A stretch of DNA of 64,000 nt, taken from contig CAVRND010000008.1 in assembly GCA_963722495.1 (NCBI GenBank), positions 6,355 to 70,354 on the forward strand. Reading direction: 5' to 3'. The notes beneath the pieces were generated by a model, which saw only the letters and a list, made by a program, of their open reading frames with translations, ran no database searches and was not told the origin of the DNA. Positions 19,548 to 28,385 of this stretch are shown here, piece by piece (within the stretch, counting starts at the first letter, position 1; each line of letters opens with the position of its first letter). A program made the position numbers and the translations under genes. This DNA comes from an uncultured Alphaproteobacteria bacterium. GTDB taxonomy: Bacteria > Pseudomonadota > Alphaproteobacteria > Rhizobiales > Hyphomicrobiaceae.

Positions 19548-20813
19548 GTGCGCGTATCCGCTGACACAATGGGGGTTCGTTTGGCGAGTTGTTCAGCAGC
19601 CGACGTGCAGCCTCCCGCGCCCGTATGCCGACCCTTCCGGTTCAGCGGTGCCGCCGCCATCGTCCTTGCCGTCCAACAGTTGCTGGTGGGCTGTGCCTCC
19701 GATGATCGCTATCACGCGGTTCCTTCCGCACTTGCCGGCGATCTCACGTTCGCGCAGGTCGAGAATGCGCGCTTTGCGGGTGAGGACGTCGCCGCGCTGC
19801 GAGTGGAGGTGGAAAGGGCTTTCGCACGCCAGCGCTATCAGCCGCAGGCGGCCGCGCCGGTAACGTTCCTCGCATTGTCCAGCGGACAGGAGGACGGCGC
19901 CTTCGGCGCGGGCCTTCTCGTTGGCTGGAGCGCACGCGGGGGGCGACCGGAGTTCCAGATCGTCACCGGCACGAGTACGGGCGCACTTGCGGCTCCCTTC
20001 GCGTTTCTCGGCAGCGAGTTCGATTGGGCGCTCGAGGCGATGTACACGAGAACCGCCAAGGAGGACATCGTGGATTCCCGCTACCTAGTGGCGGCCGTCA
20101 ACAACGATGCGATGATGGATACGGAACCCCTCGCGCGGACCATCGCCAAATATCTCTCACCAAGTGTCCTTCAACGCATCGGCGACGAATATCGAAAAGG
20201 TCGACTACTGTTGATCTCGACCGCCAATCTCAATTCCGGCAAGCTCGTCATCTGGAACATCGGCGCCATCGCCGCGAGCGAGAATCCGCAGCGCCTCGAG
20301 CTGGTGCGCAAGATCATCCTCGCTTCCGCCGCTGTCCCGGGGCTTTTCCCTCCCGTCATGATCGACGCAACCTTGAAGGACGGACGCCATCAGGAAATGC
20401 ATGTCGACGGGGGAGCGGTCTCGCAGATCTTTCTGTATCCACCGTCGCTCGACATGGCAGCGATCATCAAGCCGTTTGCTAAGAAGGTGCGGCCAGCGGC
20501 GTACATCATTCGCAATGGTCGCGTCAGCCCTGAGCCCGAGGAGGTGGAGCGCAAAACGCTGGCGATCGCTGGTCGCGCCATCACCACAATGATCGCAGCG
20601 AATGCCGTTGGAGAACTCTATCGGATCTATACAACAACGCAGCGCGACCACATTGATTTCAACCTCGCTTTGATCGAGGACGACTTCGCAGAGCCTTATA
20701 AGACGCACTTCGACCCCGGTTATATGGGTAAACTGTTTGCTCATGGGCGAGCCAAGGGTGTCGCCGGCTATGCTTGGCAGACAGTTCCCCCCGGCTATTC
20801 ACTGACGCGCTAA
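19548..20813 (+). CDS. Patatin-like phospholipase, probable lipoprotein
   Basis: Lipobox LLVGC, GAFGAG, GTSTG nucleophile elbow, HVDGG; true start may be downstream. Confidence 0.88.
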   Translation: MRVSADTMGVRLASCSAADVQPPAPVCRPFRFSGAAAIVLAVQQLLVGCASDDRYHAVPSALAGDLTFAQVENARFAGEDVAALRVEVERAFARQRYQPQAAAPVTFLALSSGQEDGAFGAGLLVGWSARGGRPEFQIVTGTSTGALAAPFAFLGSEFDWALEAMYTRTAKEDIVDSRYLVAAVNNDAMMDTEPLARTIAKYLSPSVLQRIGDEYRKGRLLLISTANLNSGKLVIWNIGAIAASENPQRLELVRKIILASAAVPGLFPPVMIDATLKDGRHQEMHVDGGAVSQIFLYPPSLDMAAIIKPFAKKVRPAAYIIRNGRVSPEPEEVERKTLAIAGRAITTMIAANAVGELYRIYTTTQRDHIDFNLALIEDDFAEPYKTHFDPGYMGKLFAHGRAKGVAGYAWQTVPPGYSLTR

Positions 20814-20992
20814 ATTCAACGTCAATGGCGCACACCAGACGTCCGCCTTCGCCATCCCAATTAGCTTCTGCCGGTGGCCTCTGGCCGCGATTGCGCCAGC
20901 GGCGGCAACGCTGTCGGAAAACTGTCATTTATGACAGATACGGTCGTCCTCTATCGACCAGCACGCGGCGGCACCCCCGCGATCGGAGCCGC

Positions 20993-22630
20993 ATGTCAAC
21001 TCCCCAAGATATTCCGGCAGGGTCGGTGCGCATATTGTCCCCCGCCGACGGTCCCGTGCGATCGGTGCGCCACTTCCGCCAGATCGTCTTGTGGCCGATC
21101 CAGATCAGCACGGCTGGAAAAGGGAGCCGTCGCGAGAGCGCCGAGGCGCTGTTTGAGCGGCTAGCAGGCGACGCGTGGGCGCTGGTCGACGATGAGTTCG
21201 GCGTCAAGGGCGAGGACTTTCAAGAGCGCCACTATCGCGAATTCGTCAGCTTCCTTCCGCACGTGCAACGCTTTCTCTACGGCGATGCGCCAGGCCCCGT
21301 GCGCGGTCTCGGCAACGGCGACGCGCCCCTGCGTGTCTATCGGCGCACCGATATTGAAGCGGTCCGCTTGGTGCTCAGCGAAGGGGCCGCACCGGTGACG
21401 TGCAAAGTGGCGCACGTCGACCTGCATTTCTTTCACGATGTCGACGCCGTCATCCTCGCCTTCGAATTCTGGGCGTCCGACCTTCCGCTCGCCGTGGTGC
21501 ACGAGATCATGTACCGCTTCGGCCGCGCGTATCCCCCCGGCTGGAGCGAGAGCGGTGAGCCGCTGCATTGTCCGGTGCGGGTCGAGTGGCTCGACAAGGA
21601 CGGCCGAGTGCTCGCGACCTCGGACTATGAGAACCGGAATCGGTACCTTTCATTCGTCGGCCATCAGCGCACACCGTGCTTTGCAGCGCATTGGGAGTTC
21701 CTGCTGAAGCCGCTGGCGGCCGAAAACTCCGGCAGCAAGAGCCCCTTGAGCTTCCGCCAGATCGAATACTACCGCATGCCCGTGATGACATATCTAACCC
21801 TCGATCGGCTGTGGGATGTGCAGCGCGTCGACTTCATGCGCCTCGCGTTCGCAACGGGGCCAAGCGCCAATGGCGATGCGCCTTACGCCGAGCGCTTCCT
21901 GCACGATTTCGAGACGCGCAACTGTTACGACCGCTATTATCACGAGGGCACCGAGACGCCGCGCGTGAACACGCGCTTCCTGCTGTCGGGTCACGCATTC
22001 ACCATCGTCGCCGACGGAACGTCGCCGGATCTCGAGGACAACGAGCGCGGGCTCTTAGGCCAGTTCCGGCACCAGTACTTTCTGCTGTTTCTCATCAGCC
22101 ATTTTCACAAGGCGGCGCTGCTGATGCTGTCCGACCGCCTGGTCGCGGCAATCAAGCGTCTCGAGATGAAGAGCGCGCGTTCGGCGGTCGAGTTCCGCCG
22201 CGAGACCTATCGCGTGCAGGAAACCTTCATGCGCTTTACGCAACGCTACTGGTTTACCGAGGTCTCCGATCAAGCGCAGACGCGTGACCTCTTCCGGCTG
22301 CAGCGCATGCACCTCGGCAATGACGATCTCTACAAGGAGCTGCGCAACGAGATCTTCGACATGGTGCAGTACCTCGACAGCGACGTCCTTCGCCGACAGA
22401 GCGGCACCATTCACCGCCTGACGGCAGTAACCATTCTGGGCTTGATCGGCACCATTGCCACCGGCTTTCTCGGCATGAATCTGATCGACGAAACCGCGGC
22501 GCCGCTGAGCACCAAGGTCATCTATTTCGGCATGGTCGGTATAGTGGTCGTGGCGCTGACGGTGGGGGTTGTCATGTTCTCGCGTCCCCTGACCGCGCTC
22601 CTCGACCGCCTCTCCGGCGAGCGCTCTTAG
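20993..22630 (+). CDS. CorA-like membrane protein with large N-terminal soluble domain
   Basis: RBS GGAG; two C-terminal TMs with GFLGMN; 545 aa. Confidence 0.8.
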   Translation: MSTPQDIPAGSVRILSPADGPVRSVRHFRQIVLWPIQISTAGKGSRRESAEALFERLAGDAWALVDDEFGVKGEDFQERHYREFVSFLPHVQRFLYGDAPGPVRGLGNGDAPLRVYRRTDIEAVRLVLSEGAAPVTCKVAHVDLHFFHDVDAVILAFEFWASDLPLAVVHEIMYRFGRAYPPGWSESGEPLHCPVRVEWLDKDGRVLATSDYENRNRYLSFVGHQRTPCFAAHWEFLLKPLAAENSGSKSPLSFRQIEYYRMPVMTYLTLDRLWDVQRVDFMRLAFATGPSANGDAPYAERFLHDFETRNCYDRYYHEGTETPRVNTRFLLSGHAFTIVADGTSPDLEDNERGLLGQFRHQYFLLFLISHFHKAALLMLSDRLVAAIKRLEMKSARSAVEFRRETYRVQETFMRFTQRYWFTEVSDQAQTRDLFRLQRMHLGNDDLYKELRNEIFDMVQYLDSDVLRRQSGTIHRLTAVTILGLIGTIATGFLGMNLIDETAAPLSTKVIYFGMVGIVVVALTVGVVMFSRPLTALLDRLSGERS

Positions 22631-22790
22631 TCCAGCGCCTGGCTAAAACATTCCGTCGTTCAGCAGCATTTCTTCGACTATCGGATAGGCCCGGGTTGGA
22701 CCGTGGCGACCGACTAACCATATCCCGGTCAGGGAGAGGCCAGCGCAGCCGCGCCGGATTGGCGCGTTAAACAAGTCGGGAGTAGCAAGC

Positions 22791-23051
22791 ATGAGCGTAA
22801 TGAAGTTGGCCGCGTTGGGCTTTGCCGCCCTGGCCGTTGCAGCGCCGACGGCAGTGTGGGCGGATTCCTATTGGGAGGTCGAGGCAGCGCGCGCCAATGC
22901 GCGGGCCGGCGGTCCAACCAATGCGCGTGATGCCGAGCTACTCGAGCGCTATGGCTGCCTCAGCGGTACGCGCAGCGCGTTCTGCGAGCGACAGTCGGGC
23001 GAGCGAGCGCCGCGCCGCTACTATCGGGCACAGCGCCGTTACACGCGCTAA
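22791..23051 (+). CDS. Small secreted protein
   Basis: RBS GGGAG, signal peptide, GCLSGTRSAFC, Arg/Tyr tail. Confidence 0.7.
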   Translation: MSVMKLAALGFAALAVAAPTAVWADSYWEVEAARANARAGGPTNARDAELLERYGCLSGTRSAFCERQSGERAPRRYYRAQRRYTR

Positions 23052-23070
23052 CAGCCACCGTACGCGCAAC

Positions 23071-23101
23071 GAAAGCCCCGCCTGAAGCAGGCGGGGCTTT
23101 C
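23071..23101. terminator. Bidirectional rho-independent terminator
   Basis: GAAAGCCCCGCCTG-AAG-CAGGCGGGGCTTTC, perfect 14-bp stem between convergent genes. Confidence 0.85.
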
Positions 23102-23123
23102 TCGTTGGAGTGATGCTCGAAGC

Positions 23124-25459
23124 CTAGGCGGGGACGGCGTCCGCCAGCTCGCGTGACGCTTCGGCCTTGGGCGTCGCCGCTGCACGCACGCGCACCGGGA
23201 TCGACTTGTACGCCGGCGTGCCGCTGCGCGCGTCGAAGCTCTGCAGCGCGACGAGCGGATTGGCTTCGGGATAATACGCCGCTGCCGAATTCCTGGCGAT
23301 CTCGAACTCGACCGCGGTGAGGTTGCGCAGCACGCGCGCCTCTCCGGCGTCGCCCGCAGATGCGATCGCCTCGACGTCGACGAGATCGCCGTGGCTCAAC
23401 CCGCGCGCCTCGAGGTCATCCTTGTGCATGAAGATGACGTCGCGCCGCCCCGTGATGCCGCGATAGCGATCGTTGAAGCCGTAGATCGTCGTATTGTACT
23501 GATCGTGGCTGCGAACGGTGGCGAGCATCAGCGCTTCAGGCTCGCCGGCACGCGCATCGCAATCGAGGCCGTCGAACACGATGAAGTTGGCCTTGCCGTT
23601 CGTCGTCAGCCATTGGCGCTCGGACGCGGCAATGTGGAGACGGAAGCCGCCCGGCACGCGCACGCGCTCGTTGAAATCTGCAAAGGCCGGGAACACCTTC
23701 TCGATCGCATCGCGGATGGTGTTGTAGTCGGCGACAAATCCGTCCCAATCGACCTTGCTGTTGGGCAGCGTCGCCTTGGCGATGCCGGCGACGACGGCGG
23801 GCTCGGATTTGAGATCAGGGCGAGGCCGGCTTCAGACGCCCGGCCGACGCGTGCACCACCGACATCGAAGTCTTCGACCGTCACCGATTGCGGACCGGTC
23901 TCCTGCTCGTCGAGCTCCGTGCGTCCCAGGCACGGAAGAATGATCGACGTTTTGGCGAGCAGCAAATGCGAGCGGTTGAGCTTGGTGGCGATGTGCACTG
24001 CGAGGTCCAGCTTGCGCATGGCGTCGAAGCACACTTCGGGGTCGGACATCGCCACCGGGAGATTGCCGCCCATGCAGACCAGCGCTTTCGAACGGCCCTC
24101 GGCCATGGCCTTTATAGCCTCGACGGCGCCGTGGCCGTGCTCGCGCGGTGGCTTGAAGCCGAACGTCGCCTCGAGGCGATCCAGAAGCTCGGCATTGGGG
24201 ATCTCGGTGATGCCGACGGTGCGGTCGCCCTGCACGTTGGAGTGGCCGCGCAACGGGCAGATGCCCGCGCCCTCGCGCCCGATCTGACCCCGCATCAGCA
24301 TCAGGTTGGCGAGCTGCTGCACCACCTGCGTGCCGTGCCGGTGCTGCGTCAGCCCCATGCCGTAGCAGAAGATGACGTTCTTGGCGTTGGCGTAGATCTC
24401 GGCCGTGCTCTCGATCTCGCGGCGCGTGAGGCCGGAGCAGCGCTCGATGTCCTTCCACTTCGTCGCCTTGAGATCCTGAACCAGGGCCTCGTATCCGGCG
24501 GTGTGCTCGGCGAGGAAGGCGCGGTCGATGACCTGGCGGCCGTTCTTGCCCTCAAGCGCCAACAGCGCCTTCATCAGCCCCTTCATCACCGCAGCGTCGC
24601 CGCCGACGCGCACCTGGTGGTAGACGGAGGCGATCTTGGTTGCGCGCCCGGTCAGCATCTCCACCGGATGCTGCGGCGATAGAAAGCGCTCCAGCCCACG
24701 CTCCTTCAGCGGGTTGAACACCACGATGGTGCCGCCGCGCTTCGACACATCGCGCAGCGTCGACAGCATGCGCGGATGATTGGTGCCGGGGTTATGCCCC
24801 ATGCAGAAAACAAGGTCGGCATGATCGAAGTCTTCGAGCGTCACGGTGCCTTTGCCGACCCCGATGGAATCCGGCAGGCCGACGCTCGTCGCCTCGTGAC
24901 ACATGTTGGAGCAGTCGGGGAAATTGTTGGTACCGAACTCGCGCACGAACACCTGATACATGAACGCCGCTTCGTTCGATGTGCGGCCCGAGGTGTAAAA
25001 CTCCGCCATGTTCGGGTTGGGCAGCTTGCGCAGCTCGCGGCCGATGCGCGCGAACGCGTCCTCCCACGCGATGGGGACGAAGTGGTCGCTCGCCGCGTCG
25101 TAGATTACCGGATGCGTCAGACGCCCGGCGTCCTCGAGCGCGAAGTCCGTCCAGTTCCACAGCTCCGAAGCGGTATGCGAGGCGAAGAACTCGAGGTCCG
25201 CCCGCTTGCGCGTCGCTTCCCACGCCACCGCCTTGGCGCCATTCTCGCAGAACTCGAACGACGAGGCATGACGCGGATCGGGCCAGGCGCAGCCGGGACA
25301 ATCAAAGCCCTGCGGCTGGTTTACGCGGCGCAAAGCGCGTGTCTCGCGGTTGAGGGCCATCTGCGCACGCAGAGCGCGCGCCACGGCCTGCAATGCACCC
25401 CAGCCGCCGGCAGGACCGCCGTAGGCGCCTACACCCGGGACCTTCTCGTGTTTAGTCAT
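23124..25459 (-). CDS. FdhF/YdeP-family molybdopterin oxidoreductase, frameshifts ~23810-23870
   Basis: PAGGWGAL, GFDCPGCAWPD, FCENGAKA, NFPDCSNMCHE, RGHSNVQG, TVRSHDQYNTTIYG, YYPEAN, TPAYKS. Confidence 0.92.
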
Positions 25460-25498
25460 CGCTCACCCGCGCTCGATCGCAATTACCGACGAAAGTCG

Positions 25499-25523
25499 AA
25501 CAGCTCGACTTAAGAACCGTTCC
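25499..25523 (-). promoter_or_regulatory. EcfG-type promoter motif
   Basis: GGAAC-GGTTCTTAAGTCGAGC-TGTT upstream of the oxidoreductase. Confidence 0.55.
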
Positions 25524-25593
25524 AGATGAGGCTTCTAAGGAGCCGACAAGTTTAGCAAAAGCCGCTGGGCGCGTACCACCTATGCATTAAGTG

Positions 25594-25618
25594 GGAACCC
25601 ACGCTTGCGAGGCGAGTT
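25594..25618 (+). promoter_or_regulatory. EcfG-type promoter motif
   Basis: GGAAC-CCACGCTTGCGAGGCG-AGTT upstream of the small protein at 25653. Confidence 0.55.
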
Positions 25619-25652
25619 GCCCCTTTAGTCCTTCGCATCCGCGAGAACCGCC

Positions 25653-25862
25653 ATGTATGTGTCCATCCTCTCAAACGAAGAGCTCGAGGCGCTGCAAACC
25701 GCCATCGAGATGGCCCTGGATGAAGCGGTCGAGCGGGGCATGAACCTGTCGCTCAGCGACATCACGGTCCGGCTGTTCGAAGCTTATGTGATGGGCGAGC
25801 GCGATCCCGACAAGCTCGCCGACGCGGTCGTGTTCGACACCTCTAAGCGTGTGGTCCACTAG
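25653..25862 (+). CDS. Small helical hypothetical protein
   Basis: 69 aa, ...GERDPDKLADAV, same pattern as 12376 and 13403. Confidence 0.75.
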   Translation: MYVSILSNEELEALQTAIEMALDEAVERGMNLSLSDITVRLFEAYVMGERDPDKLADAVVFDTSKRVVH

Positions 25863-26132
25863 CCGGACGGCCTGCTGCGCGTCTTGCACCAATGGTCACA
25901 GATCGCCCAATGCTGGAGGCCGACTTTACCTCCATAGACGAGCTCAATGTCATCATCGCCGGGGACAAACCCCAGGTGCCCCGCGCCAAGCGCGCCGTGC
26001 CGGAAGCCTACCGCGCCTTCGTCGCCGACCTGCGCGCCGCGCGTAAGTTCGCCGCATAGTTTCCGCCACAGCCTGTTGTGCGTGCGTGCGCGATGTTGCA
26101 TGCCTGAGGCAAGCAACACAGGAGCCGAAGAC

Positions 26133-27119
26133 GTGACATTGAACACGCGGCTGACGCAGACGCTTGGCCTCACGCATCCGATCATCTCCGCCCCGATGGC
26201 GTTTGCGGCCGGCGGCAAGCTCGCCTCCGCCGTCTCGGCGGCCGGCGGTCTCGGCCTCATCGGCGGCGGCTATGGCGACCAGAACTGGCTCGATGTCGAA
26301 CTCCGCGCGGCGGGCAACGCGGCCGTCGGCTGCGGCTTCATCACTTGGGCGCTGAAGAAGCAGCCGCAGCTGCTGGACTTCGTGCTCGCCCGCAACCCGC
26401 GCGCCATCTTCCTGTCGTTCGGCAACCCGCAGCCGTTCGCCGCGCGCATCAAAGCAGCGGGCGCCAAACTCATCTGCCAGGTGCAGACGCGCCGCGATGC
26501 CGAGCAGGCGATCGACTGCGGCGCCGATGTCGTCGTCGCGCAAGGCTCCGAAGCCGGCGGCCACGGCGAGCGCCGCGCGACGATGACTCTCGTGCCGGAG
26601 GTGGCCGATCTGATCGCGACCAAGTCGCCCGCGACGCTGCTGTGCGCGGCCGGCGGCATCGCGGACGGCCGCGGCCTCGCCGCAGCGCTGATGCTCGGCG
26701 CCGACGGCGTGCTGGTCGGCTCGCGGCTGTGGGCATCGAACGAAGCCAACGTCTCGCCGCGCATGCACGCGGCCGCGCTCGCCGCCACCGGCGACGACAC
26801 CATCCGCTCGCAGGTGATGGACCTCGCCCGCAAGCTCGACTGGCCGCCGCGCTACACCGCGCGCGTGCTGCGCAACGCCTACATCGAGCGCTGGCACGGG
26901 CGCGAGGCGGAGCTGCTCACCGTCGCCGACGCGGAGGCGGCCAAGTACCGAAAGGCCTGGGCCGAAGGCGATCCCGAGGGCAGCAACACGTTTATCGGCG
27001 AAGCCGCCGGGCTGATCCACGCCATCGAGCCGGTGGCCGTCATCATCGAGCGCATGGTTGCGGAGGCCGAGGCCCGCATCTCCGGCACGGCCCGAGAGGT
27101 GACCACCGCCGGCCGTTGA
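26133..27119 (+). CDS. Nitronate monooxygenase family flavoprotein
   Basis: HPIISAPM, AAGGLGLIGGG, VAQGSEAGGHG, AAGGIADGRG, LGADGVLVGSR; RBS GGAG with GTG start. Confidence 0.9.
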   Translation: MTLNTRLTQTLGLTHPIISAPMAFAAGGKLASAVSAAGGLGLIGGGYGDQNWLDVELRAAGNAAVGCGFITWALKKQPQLLDFVLARNPRAIFLSFGNPQPFAARIKAAGAKLICQVQTRRDAEQAIDCGADVVVAQGSEAGGHGERRATMTLVPEVADLIATKSPATLLCAAGGIADGRGLAAALMLGADGVLVGSRLWASNEANVSPRMHAAALAATGDDTIRSQVMDLARKLDWPPRYTARVLRNAYIERWHGREAELLTVADAEAAKYRKAWAEGDPEGSNTFIGEAAGLIHAIEPVAVIIERMVAEAEARISGTAREVTTAGR

Positions 27120-27256
27120 CGGGAAGGTGCCGGAAACCTGCGGATTAACGCCGCCACCGGCTGGCCCTGGCGCAATGTCGCCCGTTACGCTTGATAGACT
27201 AGACTAATGACCTTCTGCCCGCGGATTTTGGGGGCTTCACGGATTCAGAGCCGATC

Positions 27257-28007
27257 GTGATTGAAGCCAGCACGTTGAATTCCAAACCTTCCCGCGCATT
27301 CGCCGCGGCGCTCGCCCTGATGCTTGCCGCGCTTGTGGCGCCCTGCGCGTCGCAAGCCGAGAAGAAGGCTGGCGCGCCGGCGGAGAAGGCGCCCCTGGTC
27401 GGCACGGCGGCACCGGCGATGCCCGATGCCTACAAGCTCAACATGCTCGTCCGCACAACGCTGATCGCCCTCAGCCAGGCCAACCAGACCGGCAACTATT
27501 CGGTGCTGCGCGACCTCGGCACGCCGCAGTTTCAGGCGATGAACACGGACGCGCGCCTGGGCGAGATCTTCGGCTCTCTGCGCGCTGCGCAATCTCGATT
27601 TCTCGCCGGTGATCTTCTTCGATCCCAAGCTGATCCGGCCCGCCGCTTTCCAGCCCAACGGCGTGCTTCGCATCACCGGGTATATCGATACGCGCCCCGA
27701 GCGCATTCTCTTCGATTTGGGGTTCGAGCTCGTGCAGGAGCAATGGCGCTTGGCCGCCATCATCGTCGATATGAAAGTCCCCGCCGCCGAGCAGAAACCC
27801 GCTGGCGCCGGCAAAGGAATCCGCTCCCAAGCCGGCGACGAAGGCCAAGTCCAAGCCTTAAAAACAGTCAGCCCCTGCGCACGTGCTTCGGCGCGTGTGG
27901 AGTTGCCATCATTCGCGTCCGCTGTCGGACGAGCACACGTGTGCGCCGGCGCACGATCGCTTGGCCGCACAGTTTCCGAACATCGTATCCGTCGCCGTTC
28001 TGAATAA
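27257..28007 (+). CDS. Secreted hypothetical protein upstream of adhesin, frameshift ~27585; 3' end uncertain
   Basis: Signal peptide, LVRTTLIALSQANQTGNYSVLRDLG, continuing ...LRITGYIDTRPERILFDLGFELVQEQWRL. Confidence 0.65.
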
Positions 28008-28385
28008 AATTTAGTATTGCAGCCGCTTCTACGGGTTGCATCGCTGTCGCAGGTTCTGAACTCAGTGTGATCTGCACGCAACACGGGCGAGCGAAACACG
28101 GTTGTGCACTCGCTTTCCACTTGTATGCGACGTGTGGGGAGCTTTTAGCTGATGCGTGCGCTGACGAATAAAGAACGAGCACTTGGCGACAGCAATAGCG
28201 CGCGCTGCCGCTCGGAATGCCGGGTTTAAGTCCGTTAGTTTCGCGTCGGGATGGGTCCAGGAATTTCGCGGCTCAGGCAGCAGGTCGGTTTAGACCGCCG
28301 CCACTCCAATCACGACGCAGGGGAATGAACAAATTGCCGTTGGCGGGGTCGCCGGCGCGCTGGGTATTATGTGGGAGTTGCGTTC

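Noticed and set aside
19548-22630. Patatin + CorA-like pair as a CBASS or CRISPR defence system
   Set aside because: No cyclase, cas gene or array in the window; the patatin has a lipoprotein signal, unlike cytoplasmic CapV.
23124-25459. Selenocysteine recoding to explain the split oxidoreductase
   Set aside because: The break is a frame change, not an in-frame TGA, and the active-site region encodes Cys.
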